A DNA stretch of 64,000 bases, taken from assembly GCA_965261595.1 (NCBI GenBank), contig CBDHDG010000007.1:704001-768000 (forward strand). The letters run 5' to 3'. The notes under the pieces are model-generated. The model was not told where the DNA came from. It made no database searches and saw only the letters and a program-made list of their open reading frames with translations. Below, piece by piece: positions 8,891 to 19,403 of the stretch. The stretch comes from a bacterium. GTDB lineage: Bacteria; UBA8248; JACPRG01; G963555815. How positions within the stretch are numbered: the first letter of the stretch is position 1; each line of letters starts with the position of its first letter. The position numbers and the translations under genes are program-made.

Positions 8891-9015
8891 AATTGAGAAT
8901 TTCCCATTTCAACTTCCGCCGATGTTCTTCCGGTCCCTTTTGCGGTTTGAAAACACTAGCCCCCCCCCAATGGTCATGTCAAGAGCTTCTCGAAGGCGCC
9001 AACTAAGTGGATTCT

Positions 9016-9349
9016 AGGGACAGCATACTTAATTCTTGACTTTTGGCTTGTGCCGCTATCGTGTCGGTGCATGCCAAGAATCGCACGGGTCGTGCCCCAG
9101 GCCTGCCCATCATGTCACAGCGGGCCAATCGAAGGTCAAGCCCTTGCTTGAAAGGGTCGGGAATTGGAGGGAGTTTCTTCCGGTTGGCGTATCCGAGGAG
9201 AAGATCGAGAGGATAGGCCGTAATGAGAGGACAGGCGGACCCTTGGGAAATGACGGTTTTGTCGGAAAGCTTGAAGACCCATTGGGTCGTATCCCGCAAC
9301 GGCGGATGCCGGGACGAAAATGGGGGGATAAGCGGAAATAAGGATGGTG
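9016..9349 (+). mobile_element. Internally deleted Y1 transposase element with inverted terminal repeats, copy 2; right repeat split by IS3
   Basis: Left repeat AGGGACAGCATACTTAATT (9016-9034). ATG at 9071 gives MPRIARVV.. then HHVT (frameshifted HUH-transposase N-terminus), joined to the C-terminus VKPLLERVGNWREFL...ERTGGPLGNDGF. Right repeat AAATAAGGATGGTG|TCCC. Confidence 0.75.
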
Positions 9350-9395
9350 TGGACCGCCCCTGGGTTATTGGACACTCGGGTGAGGGTATTCGACC

Positions 9396-10313
9396 TCATG
9401 CGGCCTCCGCAACTTGAGCGAGTTTTTCCTGCCTTGCCTGGGCCGGCGTTCGGTAGCCGTAGCCCTCGAGAATCCAATGATGGTTGTACAGGTTTTTGAA
9501 CTCAAGCAGCGCCCACCGCAGTTCCTCTACGGTGGCGAAAGAGCGCACCCACAGGAGATTCTCCTTCAAGATGCGGATGAACCACTCACAGTAGCCATTT
9601 CCCTCGGGCGCCCGCACGAAGCTGGGCGAACTGGTCATGCCCAGGTAGGCGATCTCCCGCTGAAAGTCATCGGACAGATAGGCGGGGCCGTGGTCGTGAC
9701 GAACTTTAAGCCCCTCGGCGACGTCCGCCTCCAAGCCGGCGAAGCGCTCGGCGACCCCCTGCCGGATCGGCTCCAGGGCCTCGAAGCGGTTGCCGCTCTT
9801 GGCCGCATGGATCCCCACGCAGTCCACCGAGCAGTGATCCACCGCCACGAACACCGAGGCCACCCCCTCCTCGGTGGTCACCGTCGTCGTCATGTCCGTG
9901 CCCCACATTCGGTCGGGCCGCTCGGTGCGGATGGTCCCGTTGTGGGCCTTGGGACCTCGGGGTTTGCCCACCCGGTGGGGGGCCTGAAGCCCCGCCTCCC
10001 GCATCAGGCGACGCACCCGCTCCTTGCTGGTGCGGATGCCCGCGAAGCGCAGCCTCGCCCACACCTTGCGGTAGCCCTCGCCATGGAAGGGAGAGTCCTC
10101 CAGGACCTGCCGGATGTGGCCGAGGAGTTCCGCATCGGTGCACGGGCCCACAGGGCCGCGCTTATGGGGCGTGGGGCGTTCATGAACGGGGACCGCCTCT
10201 CGCCGCCGTTGCGCGTAGACCGTGGAGCGCGCCAAGCCCCAAAGGGCGCACACCCGCTTCAGGCCGTAGGCTCTGCCCGTGGAGGTGAAGCGGGCCTGAC
10301 TCATCGCCTCCAC
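9396..10313 (-). CDS. IS3-family transposase OrfB (DDE/rve)
   Basis: GYRKVWARLR, WGTDMT, RHDHG..Y.S, PEGNG..E..IR.LKE. Confidence 0.92.
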   Translation of the reverse strand: MEAMSQARFTSTGRAYGLKRVCALWGLARSTVYAQRRREAVPVHERPTPHKRGPVGPCTDAELLGHIRQVLEDSPFHGEGYRKVWARLRFAGIRTSKERVRRLMREAGLQAPHRVGKPRGPKAHNGTIRTERPDRMWGTDMTTTVTTEEGVASVFVAVDHCSVDCVGIHAAKSGNRFEALEPIRQGVAERFAGLEADVAEGLKVRHDHGPAYLSDDFQREIAYLGMTSSPSFVRAPEGNGYCEWFIRILKENLLWVRSFATVEELRWALLEFKNLYNHHWILEGYGYRTPAQARQEKLAQVAEAA

Positions 10314-10715
10314 CTCCTGCCGGCTAAAGGGCGGCCGGCCTCCAGGCGGTCGATCTTCTCCCGCAGGACCTCGCCCTCCATCGTGAGTTCGCCCACCTTG
10401 GCCTTGAGCCGGGCGTTCTCCTCGTCCCGCTCATCCGCCGGGCGGGCTTTGAGCGCCGCCTCGCCCGCGCGAAGGAACGCCTCGCGCCAGGCGGAAAGCC
10501 GAGCCGCTGTCGTGCCCAACTCGCGGCAGAGCGTCTCCAGGCTCTCGCCCCGCAAAAGACGCAGGACCGCCTCCCGCTTGCGCCTGGCAGGAGAACCGAC
10601 CCCGCTCACTGCGATGCCCTGGGGCCTTGGCTCCGTTCGCCCTGCGGGCGCCCTCCGCCAAAGCCCCCTCTTGCTTTTGTTCGTTCATCGCGACACCCCT
10701 TTCTCCATGAATCAT
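10301..10715 (-). pseudogene. IS3-family OrfA (HTH), split by a +1 frameshift
   Basis: One extra G (TGCCAGGCGC vs TGCCAGCGC in copy 2) splits the 137-aa ORF seen at 33167-33580. Confidence 0.85.
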
Positions 10716-10768
10716 GGATCAATCGAGTGTCCAACAAAACCCTAGAGCGGGGGAAGTGTCCCTGCGAT

Positions 10769-11059
10769 TCAGCGCGTGGGGAGCTTCTCGATCTCTTCGC
10801 CGACCTCTTGGGCCGCAAGGCGAAGCTCATATGATTTTTGCAGGTTCAGCCAGAATTCCGCCGACATGCCGAACCAGTGGCCCAGCCGCAACGCCGTGTC
10901 GGCGGTGATGCCCCGCCTTCCGGCGACGATCTGGCTGATCCGGTTGGCCGGGACATGGATCTCCCGGCTGAGGGCCTCGGCGCTGAGGCCGAGTTCTTCA
11001 AGCTCGTCTTTGAGGACCTCGCCGGGGTGGATGGGCGCCCTGCTCATTTCATCCCTCAA
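10769..11059 (-). CDS. higA: HigA-family antitoxin
   Basis: PIHPGEVL, RISQIVAGRRGITADTALRL..WFG.SAEFWLNLQ..YEL. Confidence 0.95.
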   Translation of the reverse strand: MRDEMSRAPIHPGEVLKDELEELGLSAEALSREIHVPANRISQIVAGRRGITADTALRLGHWFGMSAEFWLNLQKSYELRLAAQEVGEEIEKLPTR

Positions 11060-11340
11060 TGGTAGTCGGTGATTTCAACGTTGATCGGCCCAGCCGCTCC
11101 CCTGGGCCATTCAAAGCAAATCCTCCACTGCTGGTTAATGCGGATGGTGCATTGCCCTTTCCGGTCGCCACGCAACTGCTCAAACCTGTTGCTCCGCAGG
11201 GCAATGAGGTCTTGGATGCTGGTGGCGGCGTCCAATATCTCCAGCCGTTTTTCAGCCTGCCTTTTGAAGCCTTCGAAGGCTTTCAGAGAGCCATCTTCGG
11301 CGAACCGTCTCGTTCGTTTGTCTCGGTAGCTCTGAATCAT
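11056..11340 (-). CDS. higB: HigB-family (RelE-like) toxin
   Basis: MIQSYRDK, NRFEQLRGDRKGQ..IRINQQWRICFEW, VEITDYH; toxin-first order with a 4-nt overlap. Confidence 0.95.
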   Translation of the reverse strand: MIQSYRDKRTRRFAEDGSLKAFEGFKRQAEKRLEILDAATSIQDLIALRSNRFEQLRGDRKGQCTIRINQQWRICFEWPRGAAGPINVEITDYH

Positions 11341-11345
11341 GAAAG

Positions 11346-11388
11346 AAGATAGAACATAAAACGTCGTACGTCAAGCGTCGTACGTACG
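11346..11388 (-). promoter_or_regulatory. Putative sigma70 promoter and operator of higBA (probably leaderless)
   Basis: Minus strand TTGACG-17 nt-TATCTT, 5 nt before the ATG; CGTCGTACGT occurs twice around the -35. Confidence 0.55.
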
Positions 11389-11531
11389 GAATATCTATAA
11401 AAACGCCTCAAAGCTCTGTACGGATAGAGGAGCCGCCCGTGGCACACGTTCAATCCCACGAGGCGGGGCCGCCTCTACATAACGGGCGTAGAGAGCCAGT
11501 TGTAGCGACTGCCCACTTCGTCAAGGGTGAA

Positions 11532-11864
11532 GCCGGATTTCTCACAAAGCCAAACACCCGAACGCGGCAGGTCGAGTGAACCGCTTATATCTCAATGATT
11601 TGCCCAACGAGCGTGTGTTGACCAAACCCCGACATTCTGTTCCCCGCGGGAGTGTGACGGGCAGGGACCCCCTGCTTTCGCAGAGGGCAGGCTTAGCCCC
11701 TCCCCTACGACGAAAAAACCCTGTACGGGTGTAGGGCGGGTCCCCGTCCCCGCCCGGAAACACGACCGTTGCCTGTATCCCGCGCTTTCAAGGAAACACA
11801 TCCGCCGATGGCCATCCCGGCGGTAAGGGAAACAGGAAACCATGAGCTTGGTGAGAAATGCAGG
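11532..11864. mobile_element. MITE with IS1380-like ends and a GTAG REP pair (copy B)
   Basis: GCCGGATTTCTCACAAAGC ... GCTTGGTGAGAAATGCAGG; internal CCCCTCCCCTAC / GTAGGGCGGG. Confidence 0.65.
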
Positions 11865-12151
11865 TTATCCATGTAACAGCGCGGCGGCGCATATCTCAGG
11901 CAAAGGCAACGATTGGGTGAAGGTCAAGCCCCTGCTTGAAAGGGTCGGGAATTGGAGAGACTTTCTTCCGGGTGGCGTATCCGAGGAAGAGATCGAGAGG
12001 ATAGGCCGTCATGAGAGGACAGGCAGACCCTTGGGAAATGACGGTTTTGTTGGAAAGCTTGAAGACCCATTGGGTCATGTCCCGCAACGGCGGAAGCTTG
12101 GACGAAAATGAAGGGATCAGCGGAAATAAGGTTGGCGTCCCCGCGATTCAG
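11865..12151 (+). mobile_element. Y1 transposase 3' remnant plus right terminal repeat, copy 3
   Basis: YPCNSAAAHISGK (compare YPWSSA of RAYT-type transposases)...VKVKPLLERVGNWRDFL...RHERTGRPLGNDGF, then AAATAAGGTTGGCGTCCCCGCGATTCAG. Confidence 0.75.
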
Positions 12152-12289
12152 TCGGAATGCTTTGGAGATGGAAATTCAAGACTCAAGATGTGACCCTGGC
12201 CGTCCCCGCAAAGTTCGCCGGAAATCTGGGAAATGTTAGAATGTAAGACCTGACCCTGTGCCTTTCCATTTTAGCGCCCCCCATCAATC

Positions 12290-12697
12290 ATGACGAAAGG
12301 AGAAGATATGCCTAGGGAAATTCTTCAGCCGAAAGGGCTCCTCGATCCTCGCCCCCGCTACTCTCAGGTCTCCCGATTCGGAAAGAAGGAGGTGTTCCTG
12401 GCGGGGCAGTTGGCCAGGGACGCCCGGGGGAACCTCGTTGGGACGGGAGATATCCGGGCTCAGACCCGTCAGGTCTTCGAGAACATCAAGAAGTGCCTTG
12501 AAGCGGTCGGGGCCGGCTTCGAGAACGTGGGGAAGATCAACGTTTACCTGACGGACATCGATAATCAGTTGGCCGCCGTTGGGGAGGTCAGACAGGAGTT
12601 TTTCTCGGAGCCCGTCCCCAGCACCACAGTCGGGGTGGCTCGCCTGGCGGAGCCTGACGCCCTGGTGGAGATCGAGGTGAATGTGATCTTCGAGTGA
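12290..12697 (+). CDS. RidA/YjgF family protein
   Basis: YSQV, VFLAGQ, QTRQVFENI, VGKINVYLTD, P.ST.VGVARLA.PDALVEIE. Confidence 0.93.
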   Translation: MTKGEDMPREILQPKGLLDPRPRYSQVSRFGKKEVFLAGQLARDARGNLVGTGDIRAQTRQVFENIKKCLEAVGAGFENVGKINVYLTDIDNQLAAVGEVRQEFFSEPVPSTTVGVARLAEPDALVEIEVNVIFE

Positions 12698-12729
12698 CCG
12701 GGGACCTGGCGGGCTTCCATAAAAACCAG

Positions 12730-12958
12730 CCCGCATTTCTCACAAAGACCGCGATGGGGCCGCACCACACGCTTATGGCTCCCGCGCCGGCTAACGGGGG
12801 AGGGCCGGTGCAGGAGTCAACCGACTCGCGCCCGGCGCCTACATGGGAAAGTGCGCACGGCCGCTCCAGTGTAAGGGCGGGGCGCCGCACCCGCCCCGAT
12901 GCGTTGCAAGGCCCGCTCATACACAGGCCTGTAACGGAATCGTTGGGAGATATCGAGG
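12730..12958. mobile_element. MITE with IS1380-like ends and a GTAG REP pair (copy C)
   Basis: CCCGCATTTCTCACAAAG ... CGTTGGGAGATATCGAGG; shares GGCCTGTAAYGGAA near the right end with copies A and D, and GGAGTCAACCGACTCG (inverted) with copy A. Confidence 0.65.
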
Positions 12959-13017
12959 CTGAATCGTCGCCGGCTTTTTCACGGGTGGGGAACCCCTGAA
13001 AAGAAACGCCGACGCGA

Positions 13018-14472
13018 CTACTGGAATCCTTGACCGAATCCAAGATGGTGGGCCGCCGAGGCCCCCGCCACCCGGCCGGAGAAGATCGAGGGGCCCAGCA
13101 TGGTCCCTTCAAGGCCGGCTTCCCCGTTGATGTGTCCCCCGGCCATTCCGGCGACCTCCCCGGCCGCGTAGAGCCCCGGGACGGCCTCGCCCAGCGGGTC
13201 CAAGACCCGGCAAGTGAGATCCGTCCCGACCCCCCCCAAGTTCTTCCTGGCCAGGGGCATGAATTGAATCGCGTAAAACGGCGGCTTCTCAATCTTCTTC
13301 AGCCCCCGCAGGTCTTTTCCGAACGCGGGATCTTCCGTCAGACCGTCATCCAAATATCGGTTATAGCCGTTCATGGTCTTTTGGAACTCACCCCGATCCA
13401 CGTTCATAACCTTCGCCAAGTCCTCGATTGACGACGCCTTCTTGATGTCAGGCGAGCCTTCGAGAAGCCCCATCACCATGTCGGAAACGGCCTCGCTCCC
13501 CGCCCGGTAGGAAGGATCGGAGACCACGATCTCCCCGATCATGGACGAGTCGATGACGGCCCAGCACATCGGGGGGGTCTGACTCAAGACCGCCGGCGTC
13601 CCGGTCGCGCCTCCGGACAGGTCTTCATTATGAAACCGTTTCCCTTGAAAATTGACCCAGACGGCGTGCTTCAGGCCCCTGATCACCAGACCTCTCTTCC
13701 CGTCCCGATCCTTGGGGTCGGGGGTTGCGAACGCGTACATCCAGATATCTTCGAGGCGCCGGAAACTGCCTCCCGCGTCACCGATCAACCCATGCCCGGA
13801 GCCCAGAGCGCCGGGACCCCCGCCGGCCAGAAACCTCACATCTTTCAATCGGGGCGAATTTGTTCGGACCATGTCGTGGTTGGAGCAGAACCCCCCGGTC
13901 GCCGCGATGACGGCTTTGGCCTCGATCACCTCCTCGCCGGATTCCCGCTGAACCTCCGCGCCCCTGACCGCGCTCTCCTGATCCTTGAGAAGTCTTTTGA
14001 CTGACGTCGAATAGGCCCATTCAACGGCCTCCGACTTGACGGCCTCTTGATAGAGGCAGCGAACGATTTCTTCCCCTCCCCCTCCCGGCCTATGCCACCG
14101 GGGGACGGAGTTGCCTTCTTGATCCATCAACACCGTCCACTCGACGCCGAGCCCCGCCGTCCAGTGATAGAGATCGGGCAGGCTCCTTTCGATATAGAAC
14201 CGAGCCCACTCCATATCTGCGGTCCCTTTGGACCATTTGCGCCAATCTTCACAAGCCAGCTCGATGGAGTCTTCGACACCCTTTTTCCGCTGAAGGGGGG
14301 TGTCCACCATCAAGACCCCGCCGCCGGAGCCAATCGCCGTCCCGCCATGCGTGGGGGCCTGATCCACAATCTTGACCCGGGCCCCTCTGGATGAGGCCTC
14401 GATGGACGCCGACAGCCCCGCCGCTCCCGTGCCGATGATGAGGATGTCCGTGGAGGTATCTTTGGAAACCAT
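13018..14472 (-). CDS. FAD-dependent oxidoreductase (FAD_binding_2; flavocytochrome c/KstD-like)
   Basis: DILIIGTGAAGLSA, ATGGF, VN..GKRF.NE, PPFYA, PGLYAAGE. Confidence 0.9.
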   Translation of the reverse strand: MVSKDTSTDILIIGTGAAGLSASIEASSRGARVKIVDQAPTHGGTAIGSGGGVLMVDTPLQRKKGVEDSIELACEDWRKWSKGTADMEWARFYIERSLPDLYHWTAGLGVEWTVLMDQEGNSVPRWHRPGGGGEEIVRCLYQEAVKSEAVEWAYSTSVKRLLKDQESAVRGAEVQRESGEEVIEAKAVIAATGGFCSNHDMVRTNSPRLKDVRFLAGGGPGALGSGHGLIGDAGGSFRRLEDIWMYAFATPDPKDRDGKRGLVIRGLKHAVWVNFQGKRFHNEDLSGGATGTPAVLSQTPPMCWAVIDSSMIGEIVVSDPSYRAGSEAVSDMVMGLLEGSPDIKKASSIEDLAKVMNVDRGEFQKTMNGYNRYLDDGLTEDPAFGKDLRGLKKIEKPPFYAIQFMPLARKNLGGVGTDLTCRVLDPLGEAVPGLYAAGEVAGMAGGHINGEAGLEGTMLGPSIFSGRVAGASAAHHLGFGQGFQ

Positions 14473-14637
14473 TCTCAGACCAGCCCTTCCCTGATCCAAC
14501 CACCTGGGTTTCTCATCAACTTAAACACCCGAACGGGGTAGTTCAATTGAACCGGTTAGCTTTCAATCATTGACCCAACGGACGGGCGCTGACCAAGTTT
14601 CAGCATTCTGTTCCTCAATGGCGGAATTGATAGGATG

Positions 14638-15102
14638 CTATATTTCGAGCAGTTTCTTCTTCTCCAGATTAAACTCCTCTTCTGTTAGAATTCCTTCATC
14701 CAATAATCCCTTTAACTTTTGAATCTCATCCGCCTTCGAGACGCTTGAACCTGAATTGTGAGATCCGACCTCTGAATAGTCCTGAACATATTCCTTTATT
14801 TTTACAGCCACTTTGTATGATACCGGATCCTTCAATATAACAGAATTTTCATCCAGGAGCGCTCCAAAAGATCCCCCGGTTAATGTATATGAACTATCCC
14901 TCGCTATTCCCCCTGCAATGGAAAACTGAATAAACCCAACTATCAATGGACCGGGCTTCTTTACTTCAACAGAAGTAACATTTCTGATTGGAATTGTTTT
15001 CTCGCGGTCGGAACGAAATAACCCTCCTTCTTTTATGATTCTAATAGTGCTGCCTCCAACTTCAAGGATTTTTCTCTGCTCGCCTCTTAGGACAAATGTC
15101 AT
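14638..15102 (-). CDS. SHOCT-domain protein (low GC)
   Basis: C-terminal ADEIQKLKGLLDEGILTEEEFNLEKKKLL; N-terminal IPI.NVTSVEVKKPG...GFIQF. Confidence 0.85.
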   Translation of the reverse strand: MTFVLRGEQRKILEVGGSTIRIIKEGGLFRSDREKTIPIRNVTSVEVKKPGPLIVGFIQFSIAGGIARDSSYTLTGGSFGALLDENSVILKDPVSYKVAVKIKEYVQDYSEVGSHNSGSSVSKADEIQKLKGLLDEGILTEEEFNLEKKKLLEI

Positions 15103-15419
15103 AACTTTCTCCCAAGTGGAACGGCTATAGTGTCACCGTGAACCCAGTCAGTTCCATCTCTAATCTCAAGGGACACTCCCAGGCACTATGACCCTCCATA
15201 AAGGACCAAAATATCATATCTTTAGTTTTCGAGTCCCTGTTTAGCCTATTTCTCTCACAAACCATTCTTTTTGCTGGCAGGAGCGGCTTAGCAACTGAAG
15301 ATTCTTCGCTTCCCCTTCACACGAGATTCGAGCCGGCATAGGCCGGCTCACCCGAATGACATATCGGGAGCGCTGGTCAATCACAACCGGCATTCCGAAC
15401 GATGGTCAACCCATCCGCG

Positions 15420-15560
15420 TGAGGAATCTGCTCAAACCGATGATCCCTGCGAAGGTGGCGGCCACGACGATCACGGGCACGACGTTGGGCAGGATGTGCA
15501 TAAGCATGACGCGGACCTTCCCGGCGGCCGTCGCCAACCCTAACAGGGCGGAGGCCTACC
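15420..15560 (-). pseudogene. Fragment of a DppC/OppC-type ABC permease
   Basis: Minus frame reads ...KVRVMLMHILPNVVPVIVVAAT; no complete ORF; boundaries approximate. Confidence 0.5.
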
Positions 15561-15720
15561 CCATGGTGCAAAATAAAGCGATGACCCCAATCCTTCCCCA
15601 TTGGGAGGAGTCCGGATCGGGAAATATTAGATTGTAAACCCTGACCACATTCCCCCCTGCGACATAATTATTGCCCGCCATAGGATTTCATCTTTTTAAC
15701 GGCTCGGGAAATTGCTGAAT

Positions 15721-16242
15721 TCATTTCATTGTCGTAGAAAAGAATTCCGTACCATCTGATAGACTTGATAAACGAAGAAAATAACTACTTCCTCGTGCAG
15801 AGATATAGAATCCGTATTTAAACCCAGATGTGGCGTTGTTATAAACTTCGTGATATTCAAGGAGACGGGATTTTGCGAGTCCTTTGTAGTCACGATTAAT
15901 ATTGGGTATTGCCTTTTGCAAACTGATTGCCTCACCAAGGTCTAAAGTGTCCGTTCTGTCACCGTATTTATGCTTTTTTGCGAACGTTAAACCTACACTT
16001 ATTTGACCAAAAGCGAAATCTTCGATGTACCCAACCTCAATGGAGACTGGAGATCCAAATCGCACTGAAACTCGCCCGATATCTAAGATGACTTTTTTTA
16101 GGACAACCCCCTTGCAAGAACCAAATCGCTCATACTTGGTCTGTACTACGTCAGCAACCTCCTTCTTTTGAGCAAGTGTGGCAGTTGATAAGGCGGATAC
16201 TGCACTAACTAAAGTAAACGCAAAAATCAAAACCGTTGAAAA
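15721..16242 (-). pseudogene. Low-GC exported hypothetical protein whose start is replaced by an IS1380 remnant
   Basis: Signal-peptide-like FSTVLIFAFTLVSAVSALSTATLA begins at the IS end (16243); upstream residues in the ORF track come from the IS. Confidence 0.6.
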
Positions 16243-16800
16243 CCCAGATATCCCATATGGATCATAACTTTTGTCGGACCGGAGGACATTTTCTGGAGTA
16301 AAATCAATGCATGAGCCTCCCCGAGCCATCCTCTCGCGGGGTAATCCAATGGGTGAAGCGAAAAAGTGGGCGTTGAAGGTCCGTTTTGAGCGTCGGCTGA
16401 GGCTTGAGTTTCACGGAACCAGAATGACTTCGGATGCGGGATTGCTGGCCTGCCGAGAGGGATCAAGCACTGGTCGTTACGCGGCCTTCAGCTTAAGCTC
16501 CTCAAAATGGGCGGCCGGCTCGTGCGGTACGCCCGCCACATCACCTTCCAGTTGGCCGAGGTCGGTGTATCCAGGAAGACATTTGCCCTTATCTTGGAGA
16601 GAATCAAGCGATGATGCCCGGTGCCTGTCTAGCGACCCTAAGCGGAGTCCACACAAGGGCAAAATGACGAAGACTCCAAACCTGGTGGTCAAGCCCGTTT
16701 ACACGCCGGCGCTGACATGGTTTTCCAATGGCGGATACCGCTCCGATCAGGGTTTCAGGCGCCCGAAATGGTGTTGACAGCCCCGGTAAAGAGGGCTCTA
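16243..16800 (+). mobile_element. Internally deleted IS1380-family element
   Basis: Left end [57 protein letters not shown] (from 16349) joined near 16460 to IKHWSL...ARHITFQLAEV...ILERIKR*; right boundary uncertain. Confidence 0.8.
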
Positions 16801-17091
16801 ATTGAGTTAAAGAGCAACGGGTGGTCAATACAAGAGTTGTCTTGATTTAAACCGGGATTTCCCAGATGACCACTCTTAGCCATCCTGCGGTCCTCCTGTG
16901 TCATCAAAGTACCCCATTTTACTACAGATTCAGGGTCTCTTTGCAGAACCCTCTGCTCAATCGAGGGGCAACGGCCGTCCTAAAGCCGCAATCCCTTGAA
17001 AACCCAGCTCTACCGGCACACTCAGGGGAGTTCGGCGCAGACTGATCCCCCGTCTCCACCACGTCACTAAGCTTCCGGGCCATCTGCTCCG

Positions 17092-18453
17092 TCATCCGGT
17101 ATCTGGTACGGGAGGCGGTAACCACAACCGTCGAATTCGTTCAAGGATTGCCCTGAACAGTTGACGCGGCACGGCCACCTCGGCCATCTGGAAGGTGGTG
17201 TACCGGGCGTGGGTGACCACCTTGGCCCCAATCTTAATCAGCTTCTCGCGTAACGTCGTCAGCGACCAGTGCTTCACCGCTCTGGGCAACGCCAGCCGCC
17301 GCAGGAAGTTTGCCAGGTTGTACGCCAAGGCAAATAGTTGCAAGCGGACCTGGTTCTCTTCAAAGCCGTGGCAGGACAGGCGCGTCCAGTTCAGGGCGTA
17401 CTTGCCCTCCTTGATCCACTGCTCCGCCGTCCCACGCTGGTTGTAGAACCTCACGACGTTCTCTTCCCGCCAGTGCAGGTTGGTCACGATGAAGCTGACT
17501 CTTGGAAACAACTCGCCCTGGTGCCACTCGACCGCCACCACCACCCGGCGAGGCTTCTCCCAACTAGCCGCCTGATAGGAGACGCTGTGGTAGAAGATAA
17601 TGGGCCTTTTGGGCGGTCGGCCAACCGGCCGGGTCAGAAGGCATTCGATGTCCCTGTACAAGATGGCGTTGGCCGGAAGCCGAATCGCATAGGAGTAGCC
17701 CTCCGCCTCAAGGTATCGGTACACCTCCGGCTTGGCAAATGCCGCGTCGCCTCGAAAAAACCGACAGACCTTCGCATCCCGGTAGCGAGCTACCACCGGC
17801 TCCAATACAGACCACCAGTCATCAGCGCTGTGGACCTTGCCGTTGCGCAACAGCGCCCGCTCCAGATCGCCAAACTGGTTGAAGCAAAACAGTGGGTGAT
17901 AGCAGGTGCAGCCGAAGTGGCCGTTGTAGGAAGAGCCTTCCTGCTCACCGTGGGTCGGGCTGACCGAACTGTCCATGTCCAGGATCAGCTTGCGAATCGG
18001 CTTGCGTTTGCGGACACGATCCACCAACACACCGGGCAGACCGCTCAGCGCCTTGAGGTTAAGGGGCCGGGTGAGGGTCTGCGTCTCGAATCGGCTCATC
18101 TGGCTGGTGGAGGCAGCGGTGTGATACTTCGCTCGCCCCCCAACCACCTGACGCATGGCGGGATCGACACAGAGCCGCTCGGCATCATTGGTGTCTTTAT
18201 ATCCTGCCAGGCGGCTGTAGACCGACTGGCGCACCAAAGCGGTGAGGCTGTGCCGGGTGTTCCCGCCCGTCCGTGAATCGGACAGAAACCCCTCGGCCGC
18301 CTTCGTCAGCCCCAACACCTCATCCAGTTCACGATAGGCAAGCAAACCGGCGTCACTCGTAACCTTTGCTCCGTGAAACTCCAGCCTGAGCCGACCGTCG
18401 AATTGGAGCCTCAACGGCCTCTTTTTCGCTTCACCCATCGGGTCCCCTCGCAA
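17092..18453 (-). CDS. IS1380-family transposase (DDE_Tnp_1_4), intact; likely start MGEAKK at 18438
   Basis: [19 protein letters not shown]...[27 protein letters not shown]. Confidence 0.95.
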   Translation of the reverse strand: MRGDPMGEAKKRPLRLQFDGRLRLEFHGAKVTSDAGLLAYRELDEVLGLTKAAEGFLSDSRTGGNTRHSLTALVRQSVYSRLAGYKDTNDAERLCVDPAMRQVVGGRAKYHTAASTSQMSRFETQTLTRPLNLKALSGLPGVLVDRVRKRKPIRKLILDMDSSVSPTHGEQEGSSYNGHFGCTCYHPLFCFNQFGDLERALLRNGKVHSADDWWSVLEPVVARYRDAKVCRFFRGDAAFAKPEVYRYLEAEGYSYAIRLPANAILYRDIECLLTRPVGRPPKRPIIFYHSVSYQAASWEKPRRVVVAVEWHQGELFPRVSFIVTNLHWREENVVRFYNQRGTAEQWIKEGKYALNWTRLSCHGFEENQVRLQLFALAYNLANFLRRLALPRAVKHWSLTTLREKLIKIGAKVVTHARYTTFQMAEVAVPRQLFRAILERIRRLWLPPPVPDTG

Positions 18454-18544
18454 GATGATGGCAGGGAGAGGCCAACACTTTGATTTTACACGAGAAAACG
18501 GCCTTCGGGGCGTTAAAAATTATCATCCATATGGGAAATGCGGG

Positions 18545-19403
18545 ATAATGGGCCTTTTGGGCGGTCGGCCAACCGGCCGGGTCAGAAGGCATTCGATGTC
18601 CCTGTACAAGATGGCGTTGGCCGGAAGCCGAATCGCATAGGAGTAGCCCTCCGCCTCAAGGTATCGGTACACCTCCGGCTTGGCAAATGCCGCGTCGCCT
18701 CGAAAAAACCGACAGACCTTCGCATCCCGGTAGCGAGCTACCACCGGCTCCAATACAGACCACCAGTCATCAGCGCTGTGGACCTTGCCGTTGCGCAACA
18801 GCGCCCGCTCCAGATCGCCAAACTGGTTGAAGCAAAACAGTGGGTGATAGCAGGTGCAGCCGAAGTGGCCGTTGTAGGAAGAGCCTTCCTGCTCACCGTG
18901 GGTCGGGCTGACCGAACTGTCCATGTCCAGGATCAGCTTGCGAATCGGCTTGCGTTTGCGGACACGATCCACCAACACACCGGGCAGACCGCTCAGCGCC
19001 TTGAGGGGTTAAGGGGCCGGGTGAGGGTCTGCGTCTCGAATCGGCTCATCTGGCTGGTGGAGGCAGCGGTGTGATACTTCGCTCGCCCCCCAACCACCTG
19101 ACGCATGGCGGGATCGACACAGAGCCGCTCGGCATCATTGGTGTCTTTATATCCTGCCAGGCGGCTGTAGACCGACTGGCGCACCAAAGCGGTGAGGCTG
19201 TGCCGGGTGTTCCCGCCCGTCCGTGAATCGGACAGAAACCCCTCGGCCGCCTTCGTCAGCCCCAACACCTCATCCAGTTCACGATAGGCAAGCAAACCGG
19301 CGTCACTCGTAACCTTTGCTCCGTGAAACTCCAGCCTGAGCCGACCGTCGAATTGGAGCCTCAACGGCCTCTTTTTCGCTTCACCCATTGGGTCCCCTCG
19401 CAA
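18545..19403 (-). pseudogene. Truncated, frameshifted duplicate of the IS1380 transposase
   Basis: Matches 17597-18453 with a 2-nt insertion near 19005 (TTGAGGGGTT vs TTGAGGTT). Confidence 0.9.

Larger units (their letters stand above)
9350..10755 (-). mobile_element. IS3-family insertion sequence, copy 1 (orfA frameshifted), with 3-bp TSD GTG
   Basis: Imperfect TIRs TGGACCGCCCCTGGGTTATTGGACACT / AGTGTCCAACAAAACCCTAGAGCGGGGGAA; GTG at 9347-9349 and 10756-10758; near-identical to 33127-34531. Confidence 0.92.

Noticed and set aside
8190..12260. Classical integron
   Set aside because: No tyrosine-recombinase IntI and no attC-like RYYYAAC...GTTRRRY pattern recognised; the repeats are tied to Y1 transposase fragments.
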